A stretch of 64,000 nucleotides of DNA from a phage. The stretch lies in sequence record PZ452610.1; one strand, 5' to 3'. The notes beneath the pieces were generated by a model. It was not told the DNA's origin, did not search any database, and saw only the letters and a list, made by a program, of their open reading frames with translations. Positions within the stretch are counted from its first letter, which is position 1. Each line of letters opens with the position of its first letter. This document shows, in pieces, positions 41,100 through 50,713 of the stretch. A program made the position numbers and the translations under genes.

Positions 41100-42275
41100 T
41101 TAGAAATATTTTTTGTATGAATTGATTACATTTTGGTCTACATCATTATCAATTTGTGCGACAAGATAAGAACTGATTTCAACTTCCTGAGGAGCTGCTT
41201 GAACTAAATCGGAGTTCAGATATTCACGAATCCAAGGATACGGATGCTTGGTCGGAGCATCAGTGATTGGGCATGGCAAACCACACTGTTTCATACGAGA
41301 CACAGTCAAGTAATCAACAAAAGCACACATACTCTGTGTATTGATACCTGGGCATGTACCTTCTTTAAAGAGGTGTGCAGCCCATTCCTTCTCTTGACTA
41401 TTTACTTCCATAAAAATGTCAACTGCTTCTTGTTCACATTCTTTAGCAATTCGAACCCACTCATCGCCATCAGTACCAGATTGAAGTTGACGGATAATGT
41501 ACTGAGTACCCTTGAGGTGGAGTTGTTCGTCACGAGCAATGAACTTCATAATCTTTGCATTACCTTCCATAATTTCCATATTTTTATGGAAGTTGAAAGT
41601 ACATGCAAATGATACGTAAAAACGAATAGCTTCTAAGGCATTGATAACATGCAAACAGAGATAAAGAGACTTCATTAAATCACGCTTGGCGTTAAACATT
41701 ATTTCTTCGTACATCTCAATATCATTCTGCTGGCATGAGCCTATTGAACACTCATAAACTTCCTTAGCATTTTCCCAACGACGAGTCTTGTCTAGAACAT
41801 CATCGTAATATTTACCTATTGATTCGGCTCGTTTCATGATTGCTTCGTCTAATACAATCTCATCAAATACTTTGGATGGATCAGTATAAAGATTTCGCAT
41901 AATATGAGTATATGAACGAGAGTGAATAGTTTCACTGAATGTCCATGTTGCAACCCACGTATCTAATGAAGGGTCGGAAATCAGTGCCATAAGTACCGCA
42001 GATGGGGCCCTGCCTTGGATAGAATCTAATAATGATTGATACTTAAGATTGTTTGTAAAAATGTCCTGTTGGAACTGAGGAAGCTTATTGAACTGTGCAG
42101 AGTCCAACATCAAGTTTACCTCTTCGGGGCGCCAGAAAAATGACAAGGATTTTTCTATAAGTTCTTCAAAAACTTTATGTCGTTGAATATCGTAACGTGC
42201 AAGACCAAGACCGGAACCAAAGAACATCGGTTCGTTCAAAACATCGACTTGTTGTGTATTAAAAACTGTACTCAT
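41100..42275 (-). CDS. nrdB: ribonucleotide reductase small subunit NrdB (uninterrupted)
   Basis: 391-aa contiguous ORF with ferritin-like di-iron RNR beta features; no intron-like interruption. Confidence 0.95.
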   Translation of the reverse strand: MSTVFNTQQVDVLNEPMFFGSGLGLARYDIQRHKVFEELIEKSLSFFWRPEEVNLMLDSAQFNKLPQFQQDIFTNNLKYQSLLDSIQGRAPSAVLMALISDPSLDTWVATWTFSETIHSRSYTHIMRNLYTDPSKVFDEIVLDEAIMKRAESIGKYYDDVLDKTRRWENAKEVYECSIGSCQQNDIEMYEEIMFNAKRDLMKSLYLCLHVINALEAIRFYVSFACTFNFHKNMEIMEGNAKIMKFIARDEQLHLKGTQYIIRQLQSGTDGDEWVRIAKECEQEAVDIFMEVNSQEKEWAAHLFKEGTCPGINTQSMCAFVDYLTVSRMKQCGLPCPITDAPTKHPYPWIREYLNSDLVQAAPQEVEISSYLVAQIDNDVDQNVINSYKKYF

Positions 42276-42329
42276 TATATTTTCTCACTTAGTTATAACT
42301 CATCCATGAGTAAATTATAATCAAAAGTC

Positions 42330-44585
42330 TTAAAGCTTACAAGCAGAGCAATCTTCAGCTTTAGGTGTTTCTAATTCGTAGTCATCTGTACCTGACCCAT
42401 CACGAGTGTTATGATAGTAGAGGTTTTTTCCGCCAAAGTACCAGAAGTAAAGCAGATCGTCAAGCATTACCGACATTGGCACTTTACCTTTCTCAAATAC
42501 TGCAGGGTCATAGTAAGTATTAGCAGAAGCAGATTGGCACACCCATTTCAACATGATAGCAACTTGGGTCAAATAAGGTTTATTACCTTTCTTAGCAAGT
42601 TTCCACGCATAGTCGTAAAGACTCATGTTATGTTCGATATTAGGAACAACCTGTCGGAAGTTGCCTTCTTTAGATTCTTTAATACTTACTGGACCGCGTG
42701 GTGGCTCAATCCCGTTTGTAGAGTTTGATACTTGACTGCTTGACTCACAAGGCATGAGTGCAGACAACGTTGAGTTACGAATTCCATGTTCTTTGAGTTC
42801 AGCTCGAAGTTCTTCCCAGTCACAGACGTAGTTCGGGGCTGCGATTTGGTCAATCTTTTTATTGTACCAGTCGATAGGTAATTCGCCTCTAGACCATTTA
42901 GTGTCTGAATAATACTCGCAACATCCTTTTTCTTTGGCGAGTTTGATTGATGCTTTGATAAGGCCATATTGCAATCTCTCAAACAATTCATGAGTCAAAT
43001 CGTTAGCGTCTTCATATGAAGCGAAGTTAGAAGCTAACCATGCGGCATAGTTCGTAACACCGACACCGAGGTTTCGACGCTTTTTAGCTTTTAAAGCTTC
43101 TGGAACCGGATAATCTTGATAGTCTAACAGGTTATCAAGTGCACGTACTTGTACTTCAGCAAGTTCATTAATTTTATCTTGGTCTTGCCAATCAAATTTA
43201 TCTAATACAAAAGCAGATAATGTGCATAAACCAATTTCAGCATCAGGACCATTCACATCATTAGTTGGAATAGCGATTTCACAACATAAGTTACTCTGAC
43301 GAATTGGAGCTTTTTCACGAATAAATGGAGTGTAGTTGTTCGTGTTATCAACGAATTGTGGATAAATTCGAGCAGTACCAGAGCGTTCAGTCATGAACAA
43401 TTCAAAGAGTTCTAGTGCTTTGATTCTTTTCTTTCTGATTGACGGGTCTTTTTCAGCTTTCTCATAAAGCTCACGGAATTTATCTTGATCTTCAAAGAAC
43501 GAGTAGTATAGTTCGCCTGACATTTCGTGAGGGCTAAATAAAGTAATATAATCATTTTTACCAAGGCGTTCCATCATAAGGTCATTAATCTGAATTCCGT
43601 AGTCCATATGTCGAATACGGTTTTCATCCACGCCTTTGTTATTTTTCAGAACTAATAGGTTCTCTACTTCTAAGTGCCACATCGGATAATACGCTGTAGC
43701 AGCACCACCACGAATACCACCTTGAGAACAAGATTTTACTGCAGTTTGGAAATGTTTCCAGAATGGAATAACACCTGTATGTCGAACTTCACCCATACCA
43801 ATCTTAGAACCTTCTGCACGAAGCATACCAACGTTGATACCAATACCAGCTCGTTTAGAAATATATTCAATAATTGATGCTGAAGTTTTGTTAATAGATT
43901 TTAACGAATCACCGGCTTCAATAACTACACAACTAGAGAACTGGCGAGTTGGAGTACGAGCACCTGCCATAATTGGAGTAGGCAATGAAACTTGATGAGT
44001 AGAAACGGCGTCATAAAAACGAATAATATGTTTCAAACGGTCATGAGTTTCGTCTTGATGTAAGGCCATGCCAATAGCCATGATAGCAAACTGTGGAGTT
44101 TCATAAATCTTCCCAGTTGTTTTATCTTTAACTAGATATTTTTCTTTAAGCTGCATAGCACCAGCATAAGTCAGGTCAAAGTCTCGTTCATGTTTAATCT
44201 GTGAATCGAGATAAATGATTTCTTCTGCTGAATATTGAGACAACAGCTCAGGGTCATATTTGCCTTCATTAACACAGTAAGAAATATGGTCGATAAAAGC
44301 AGGCGGTTCAAACTGCCCATATACATCTTTACGAAGTGCAAACATTAGCCCTTTGGCGGCGACATACTGATAATCAGGTTCTTCGACAGAAATCGAGTTA
44401 GCTGCAACTTTAATACAAATCTTCTGAATATCTTTGGTGCTCATCCCATCGACAAGATGGGTCTTAATTTCTTCGTACAATTCATATGGGTCAATTTGTG
44501 TTCCTTCACACTGCCAAGTTAAGACTTGAATAATTTTCTGTGCATCAAAATTTTGGGATACCCCACTGCTCTTAATTACTTGCAT
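42330..44585 (-). CDS. nrdA: ribonucleotide reductase large subunit NrdA
   Basis: 751-aa ORF with class I RNR alpha active-site blocks (e.g. SNLCCEIAIPT). Confidence 0.95.
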   Translation of the reverse strand: MQVIKSSGVSQNFDAQKIIQVLTWQCEGTQIDPYELYEEIKTHLVDGMSTKDIQKICIKVAANSISVEEPDYQYVAAKGLMFALRKDVYGQFEPPAFIDHISYCVNEGKYDPELLSQYSAEEIIYLDSQIKHERDFDLTYAGAMQLKEKYLVKDKTTGKIYETPQFAIMAIGMALHQDETHDRLKHIIRFYDAVSTHQVSLPTPIMAGARTPTRQFSSCVVIEAGDSLKSINKTSASIIEYISKRAGIGINVGMLRAEGSKIGMGEVRHTGVIPFWKHFQTAVKSCSQGGIRGGAATAYYPMWHLEVENLLVLKNNKGVDENRIRHMDYGIQINDLMMERLGKNDYITLFSPHEMSGELYYSFFEDQDKFRELYEKAEKDPSIRKKRIKALELFELFMTERSGTARIYPQFVDNTNNYTPFIREKAPIRQSNLCCEIAIPTNDVNGPDAEIGLCTLSAFVLDKFDWQDQDKINELAEVQVRALDNLLDYQDYPVPEALKAKKRRNLGVGVTNYAAWLASNFASYEDANDLTHELFERLQYGLIKASIKLAKEKGCCEYYSDTKWSRGELPIDWYNKKIDQIAAPNYVCDWEELRAELKEHGIRNSTLSALMPCESSSQVSNSTNGIEPPRGPVSIKESKEGNFRQVVPNIEHNMSLYDYAWKLAKKGNKPYLTQVAIMLKWVCQSASANTYYDPAVFEKGKVPMSVMLDDLLYFWYFGGKNLYYHNTRDGSGTDDYELETPKAEDCSACKL

Positions 44586-44647
44586 ATATTCCTCAGTATA
44601 GGTTGATAGACATTACTCCAAACGGGATAGTATTTATCCCGTTAATT

Positions 44648-44672
44648 TATTATACACTTTTAAACTGAAGCG
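44648..44672 (-). promoter_or_regulatory. candidate MotA-type middle promoter for nrdA
   Basis: Minus strand reads CGCTTCA, 11 nt, TATAAT, upstream of the nrdA leader. Confidence 0.4.
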
Positions 44673-44927
44673 TTAATTATCCTCAGCAATAATTTCTTTG
44701 TATTCTTTAGGAGTCAAGACCGTAATATCGAAATAAACCAATGGTTCTTTTTCCATACCGTAACCACCACAAAATTCACGATATTCATAAATTCGTTCAT
44801 GTGAATAACAAATGAATCGTTCACCTTTAACTGTGATTTCACTATTTGGTGAAGGGATATCCAGTTCACTTGGATTTTTCATTTCAAAAATTGTGGTGCC
44901 ATATGAATTAATAAAACGTAAAATCAT
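44673..44927 (-). CDS. hypothetical protein (84 aa; nrdA.1 position)
   Basis: ORF directly downstream of td. Confidence 0.5.
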   Translation of the reverse strand: MILRFINSYGTTIFEMKNPSELDIPSPNSEITVKGERFICYSHERIYEYREFCGGYGMEKEPLVYFDITVLTPKEYKEIIAEDN

Positions 44928-46611
<1,684 letters not shown>

Positions 46612-46620
46612 TGTATTTCC

Positions 46621-46863
46621 TCAAACAGACTTTTTCACAATTTTCCAATCAGCTTTAAATTGGTCGACATCCGAGTGATAAATCCAGAATCCGGATGATA
46701 TACCATCTTCGTAGAGTGGACATCCATCACATTCTTCATTCCATCCCATTTCACGTAAAGCTTCTTCAGCTTGTTCAAGGAGTTCAGCATCTTTACCAAC
46801 GACGTTGAAGTACCATTTACCTCTAACTTCTGAATCTTTGATGCTCTGGCGTTGCAATCTCAT
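46621..46863 (-). CDS. hypothetical protein (80 aa)
   Basis: ORF with SD GAGGAG and early promoter at 46898-46927. Confidence 0.45.
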   Translation of the reverse strand: MRLQRQSIKDSEVRGKWYFNVVGKDAELLEQAEEALREMGWNEECDGCPLYEDGISSGFWIYHSDVDQFKADWKIVKKSV

Positions 46864-46897
46864 TTTATTCTCCTCTTCACTTTTATTTGATAGGACT

Positions 46898-46927
46898 ACT
46901 ATAACATAGCCCTATCTTGTTATAAAC
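46898..46927 (-). promoter_or_regulatory. early promoter for the 80-aa ORF
   Basis: GTTTAT, 18 nt, TATAGT on minus strand. Confidence 0.45.
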
Positions 46928-47319
46928 TACTTTTTAAAAGTTTTTTGCAAAAGTTTGATGATTTCGTCGACGTTGGTTTCATCTACGATACAATGGATTT
47001 TTGTTACACCTAAAGTTATACCTTCGTTAGTAGGTTGAGGCTTTACTAAATCTACCTCAGTAAAGTATTTGAACTCGTCAGGATAAATCTCAAAATAAGT
47101 TTCAATTTCACCACCGGCAGAACATACAGTACCATCTTCCATAGTTACACTTACTACGTTTGACATATCGCTATCATAATCAGGTTCCATTCCGTTTACA
47201 ACAAAACTAGGCCCGTGGAGTTCAATCAATTTTAACATCTTAGCGTTATTGTGTGGTGCTTCTTGAACAAAGTCATCTTTAAATAAAGGGTTAATGATAT
47301 AAGATTTTCCGATTTCCAT
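46927..47319 (-). CDS. hypothetical protein (130 aa)
   Basis: ORF with SD GAGGAA and early promoter at 47349-47377. Confidence 0.5.
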   Translation of the reverse strand: MEIGKSYIINPLFKDDFVQEAPHNNAKMLKLIELHGPSFVVNGMEPDYDSDMSNVVSVTMEDGTVCSAGGEIETYFEIYPDEFKYFTEVDLVKPQPTNEGITLGVTKIHCIVDETNVDEIIKLLQKTFKK

Positions 47320-47348
47320 TTTGATTTCCTCATGTTGTTGATAAGTCT

Positions 47349-47377
47349 ATACTAACACATCCAGGGAAGAAGTAAAC
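47349..47377 (-). promoter_or_regulatory. early promoter for the 130-aa ORF
   Basis: GTTTAC, 17 nt, TAGTAT on minus strand. Confidence 0.5.
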
Positions 47378-47403
47378 AACTTTTTTTGGCAATTTACAGA
47401 TAC

Positions 47404-47427
47404 TCAAAAGGGAGACCGAAGTCTCCC
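47404..47427 (-). terminator. intrinsic terminator after gene 32
   Basis: GGGAGAC-UUCG-GUCUCCC hairpin followed by UUUUGAG on the minus strand, 7 nt after the gene 32 stop. Confidence 0.7.
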
Positions 47428-47433
47428 AATTTA

Positions 47434-48333
47434 TTATAGACCAGCTAACAGGTCATCGAGGTCGCCATCGTCAGAAGACGAGGAACTCATGAAGTCATCT
47501 TCAGTTTTTGCAGAACTAAAGGCTTCCATGTCTTTATCAAAATCGTCAAGGTCAGAAGCAACTTTATCTGCAACAGAAGCTGCGGCAGCTGCTGCACCGC
47601 CCAGAGCGGCAGTACCAAGAACTTGATTAAATTTAGTATTCAATTCTTCAAACGATTTGAACTTATCTTTAGAAGTCATTTCAGAAAGGTCAACCATTTG
47701 TTCGAACAATTCTTTCTGGAAAGATTCATCATCAATGTTTGGAATCGCAGATTGATTCAGGAATTTAGATTCGTCGTAGTTACTGAAACCAGAAACCTGT
47801 TTAACTTTCAGCACAAAGTTAGCACCTTCCCATGGGCAAGTTACATCAACAGGAGTTTCACCCATTTCAGTATCAACTGCAATCATTGCATTGATTTTGT
47901 CCCAAATCTTTTTACCAAAACGGTATTTGAATACTTTACCTTCATTATCTGGAGCTTGAGGGTCTTTAACAACCAGAATATTAGCCCAATAAGAAGTTTT
48001 ACGTTTCAGTTGAGAATATTCAGTTTTGTTGGTATTGTACAGGTCATTTTTACTAATGTACTGACATACAGGACAAGAGTCATAATCGCCGTGTGTAGAT
48101 GAACAGGTTTCAATATACCATTTGCCATTTTTCTTGAACCCGTGGTTAACAAGAATTGCAAATGGAAGTGCGTCATCTGTTTTTGCCGGCAGGAAACGAA
48201 TTACCGCTTGACCATTACCGGATGCGTCGAGTTTCAGCTTCCATTCACCTTTATCTTCTGAAGAGAAACCTTTGTTACCATTCAGTTTAGCCATCTGAGC
48301 AGCGAGGTCAGCAGTAGATTTACGTTTAAACAT
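47434..48333 (-). CDS. 32: single-stranded DNA-binding protein gp32
   Basis: 299-aa ORF, sequence recognisably T4 gp32 including acidic C-terminal tail; terminator hairpin downstream. Confidence 0.95.
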   Translation of the reverse strand: MFKRKSTADLAAQMAKLNGNKGFSSEDKGEWKLKLDASGNGQAVIRFLPAKTDDALPFAILVNHGFKKNGKWYIETCSSTHGDYDSCPVCQYISKNDLYNTNKTEYSQLKRKTSYWANILVVKDPQAPDNEGKVFKYRFGKKIWDKINAMIAVDTEMGETPVDVTCPWEGANFVLKVKQVSGFSNYDESKFLNQSAIPNIDDESFQKELFEQMVDLSEMTSKDKFKSFEELNTKFNQVLGTAALGGAAAAAASVADKVASDLDDFDKDMEAFSSAKTEDDFMSSSSSDDGDLDDLLAGL

Positions 48334-48410
48334 TATATTTACCTTTATTTAGATTATTTAATTTATTTACAGTTGGTTGCTACGACACTTATACCTCGTA
48401 GCTGGTATGT
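48334..48410 (-). promoter_or_regulatory. gene 32 mRNA leader / autoregulatory translational operator (hairpin or pseudoknot plus A/U-rich tract)
   Basis: Leader RNA reads ...CAGCUACGAGGUAUAAGUGUCGUAGCAACCAACUG (stem GCUACG/CGUAGC) followed by UAAAUAAAUUAAAUAAUCUAAAUAAAGG before the AUG. Confidence 0.55.
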
Positions 48411-48412
48411 TT

Positions 48413-48420
48413 TATTTATA
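48413..48420 (-). promoter_or_regulatory. late promoter (minus strand) at the 5' end of the gene 32 leader
   Basis: Minus-strand TATAAATA about 80 nt upstream of the gene 32 ATG, preceding the structured leader. Confidence 0.5.
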
Positions 48421-48449
48421 CGGTAATTCTAACATAGATAAAATAAAGC

Positions 48450-49103
48450 TTAATACTTACATGATTTGATTGTTTCTATGAACAATTTCTTAGCAGCATT
48501 TCCATCGATTTGAAGTATTTTTCGATATGCCTTTAATTTAGTAGAATAATTTTGCCAGACTAAGTTATCGGTGAGTTCGTCGTGCTTATCTATAATATTC
48601 AAAAATGAGTCCAACAATAAGAAAGTCTCAAATGAAATTATATTGCTTTGTAGCAATTTGAATATGTAGCTCGTCTGAACGTTGTTATTATAATCAAATA
48701 TCTCTTGAAGCGCACTAACTTCAACTTTCTTACTGAAATAGTAGATGTTACGTACGTCTTCAGCAAACGTCTCTTTAGCTTGTTTGAGACGTCCAATATA
48801 TTCCCTATAGAAAACTAATGCATCAGCGTCTGATATCTCACCAATCCATGCGTCTTGGTTAGCAACTAAGTTGCTTATGAATATCAAGGTGAGTTCCTTC
48901 AATTTATATTTCTCTGCTAGTTTTTCAAAGAAATATTTATCTCGGCGTTTTTGATACGCATTATCCGAAACACGCATGCACCAGTTATATTTGATTACGT
49001 CATACCGACCATTAAAATGTTGTTTGCACATCAAGTATAGTTTGTATACCGATTTTCCGTTAATATAACGTTCTCCATCAGGAGGCATGCGTATTTTAAT
49101 CAT
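48450..49103 (-). CDS. 59: helicase loader gp59
   Basis: 217-aa ORF at the T4 gene 59 position, same length. Confidence 0.88.
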   Translation of the reverse strand: MIKIRMPPDGERYINGKSVYKLYLMCKQHFNGRYDVIKYNWCMRVSDNAYQKRRDKYFFEKLAEKYKLKELTLIFISNLVANQDAWIGEISDADALVFYREYIGRLKQAKETFAEDVRNIYYFSKKVEVSALQEIFDYNNNVQTSYIFKLLQSNIISFETFLLLDSFLNIIDKHDELTDNLVWQNYSTKLKAYRKILQIDGNAAKKLFIETIKSCKY

Positions 49104-49438
49104 AATAAGAAATCTAACGTATTAGTTTTTTCACCACGAGCAACTGATGGGCGAAGCATGTTTTCGTCAATTGCTTCGCTTGTAATTTTTTCAACAATTC
49201 CTGTAGGAATAAATTTAGCAAATTGTGTTTCTGGAATAGAATTTTCTTCCAAGAAAGCAGTTGTTGCTTCTAAATAAGACATACCAAATTGTTCAACCAT
49301 GGATTCGATAATGAATCCGTTTTCTTGTCGGTCAAGCAATTTAGCGATATCATCTTTATCGTGTTTTACTGCTAATTCTTGTTCAGATAAACCGGCCTCA
49401 TCAACCGGTTTAATATCACTTAGTGAAAACTGTGTCAT
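49100..49438 (-). CDS. 33: late transcription co-activator gp33
   Basis: 112-aa acidic ORF, ATGA overlap with gene 59. Confidence 0.8.
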   Translation of the reverse strand: MTQFSLSDIKPVDEAGLSEQELAVKHDKDDIAKLLDRQENGFIIESMVEQFGMSYLEATTAFLEENSIPETQFAKFIPTGIVEKITSEAIDENMLRPSVARGEKTNTLDFLL

Positions 49439-49703
49439 AAAGCTCGACTACCTCTTCGTTTTCAGCTTCAAATTGGTCACGAGCGTCTTTATGATAAAGA
49501 GCTAACAAACGATTAAACATTTTTCCATCGACGCCAAGTTCTTCTTTAGCACGAGTACGAATGTCTTTAATCAGTTCATTATAACCAGAAATTTTAAGTT
49601 TGTTATCGGAAGCTTCCTTGACTAGTTTAGCCAGTTCTTCACCATGCACATCTTGATTAAATTCAACTGCTTCTTTCTTAGCCATGTTTACCTCAGAATT
49701 CAT
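49416..49703 (-). CDS. dsbA: dsDNA-binding protein DsbA-like
   Basis: 95-aa ORF between rnh and 33; assignment mainly positional. Confidence 0.7.
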   Translation of the reverse strand: MNSEVNMAKKEAVEFNQDVHGEELAKLVKEASDNKLKISGYNELIKDIRTRAKEELGVDGKMFNRLLALYHKDARDQFEAENEEVVELYDTVFTK

Positions 49704-50610
49704 TAATTACACTTGTTAATTTAGAAAGACCAGATTTTACAAAATATGAATAAATCTTGCCTTTAGGTTGTTGTTTATATGAGTTATAATACTCTATAAT
49801 GGTTGAAGCAATATTATCAGGGATATAATCAAAATCAATGAGAACCAAATTTTCTTGATACCGTTTATATTCTTCTGCACTTAATAATACTTCAGCTTGA
49901 GAACGGTCATTGGCAATTGCTTCAATAATCGATGTTTTCATGCTCGGAGTTCGTTCACCATCAACTCTGGTAAACCAGAAGTCGCCACGAACTCGAACAG
50001 ATGCAACACCATCCTTACGGTCACCTTTAAGAATTTTAGTCATGCAATCAATTTCAGCAGAACCGTTCTTAATTTTAACCCATTTTTTCTGTGGTGGCGA
50101 CCACTGTTTAACATTAGGATATTTGTGTAATTGTGTAAAGTCACCATCTGATGCAACAATACATACCTTATGACCGGCTAATGACAAATATTTAGTTAAT
50201 ACACCGATATGGTCATCCGCTTCATACTTGTCAATATCCATTACAACGTATGGCATGTATTTCTTAATCTCATCAACAACTTGATGGAGTGCAGTAAAAT
50301 ATCCTTCCCAATCCCACTTTGAAGCTTCACGATCGGTTTTACGATTTTTCTTGTAATAGTAAGCAAAATCACGTCGCCAATAACCTGAAGTAGCATTATC
50401 CATACACAATACAAATTTTGTATAGCCTTGCTTACGGAACATCACCACGTTTTTACGAATTGAATTCAAGATTACATGTCGAACCATTGGAACAGTAATT
50501 TTATCGCCATCTTCAAAGTTGTTTAATGCGGCTGCCAATGCAATGTTACTAAAGTCAGCAAGTGCAATACCTTCTTTGTAATCTTCATCCAACATCATTT
50601 CTAAATCCAT
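49693..50610 (-). CDS. rnh: RNase H (5'-3' exonuclease / FEN family)
   Basis: 305-aa ORF at the T4 rnh position; early promoter at 50643-50672. Confidence 0.92.
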   Translation of the reverse strand: MDLEMMLDEDYKEGIALADFSNIALAAALNNFEDGDKITVPMVRHVILNSIRKNVVMFRKQGYTKFVLCMDNATSGYWRRDFAYYYKKNRKTDREASKWDWEGYFTALHQVVDEIKKYMPYVVMDIDKYEADDHIGVLTKYLSLAGHKVCIVASDGDFTQLHKYPNVKQWSPPQKKWVKIKNGSAEIDCMTKILKGDRKDGVASVRVRGDFWFTRVDGERTPSMKTSIIEAIANDRSQAEVLLSAEEYKRYQENLVLIDFDYIPDNIASTIIEYYNSYKQQPKGKIYSYFVKSGLSKLTSVINEF

Positions 50611-50642
50611 ATGAACCTCTTGTTCAGTTAGTCAACTTGTCT

Positions 50643-50672
50643 ATAGTAACACACTCATTTGAAAGCGTAAAC
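50643..50672 (-). promoter_or_regulatory. early promoter for rnh
   Basis: GTTTAC, 18 nt, TACTAT on minus strand, back-to-back with the gene 34 late promoter. Confidence 0.55.
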
Positions 50673-50675
50673 TGG

Positions 50676-50683
50676 TATAAATA
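50676..50683 (+). promoter_or_regulatory. late promoter (TATAAATA) for gene 34
   Basis: Exact TATAAATA about 30 nt upstream of the gene 34 ATG, abutting the rnh early promoter on the other strand. Confidence 0.65.
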
Positions 50684-50713
50684 AGTATTATTGAAACAAT
50701 AAAGGAAAAACGA

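Noticed and set aside
47623-48102. 159-aa + strand ORF
   Set aside because: Antisense to gene 32; shadow ORF.
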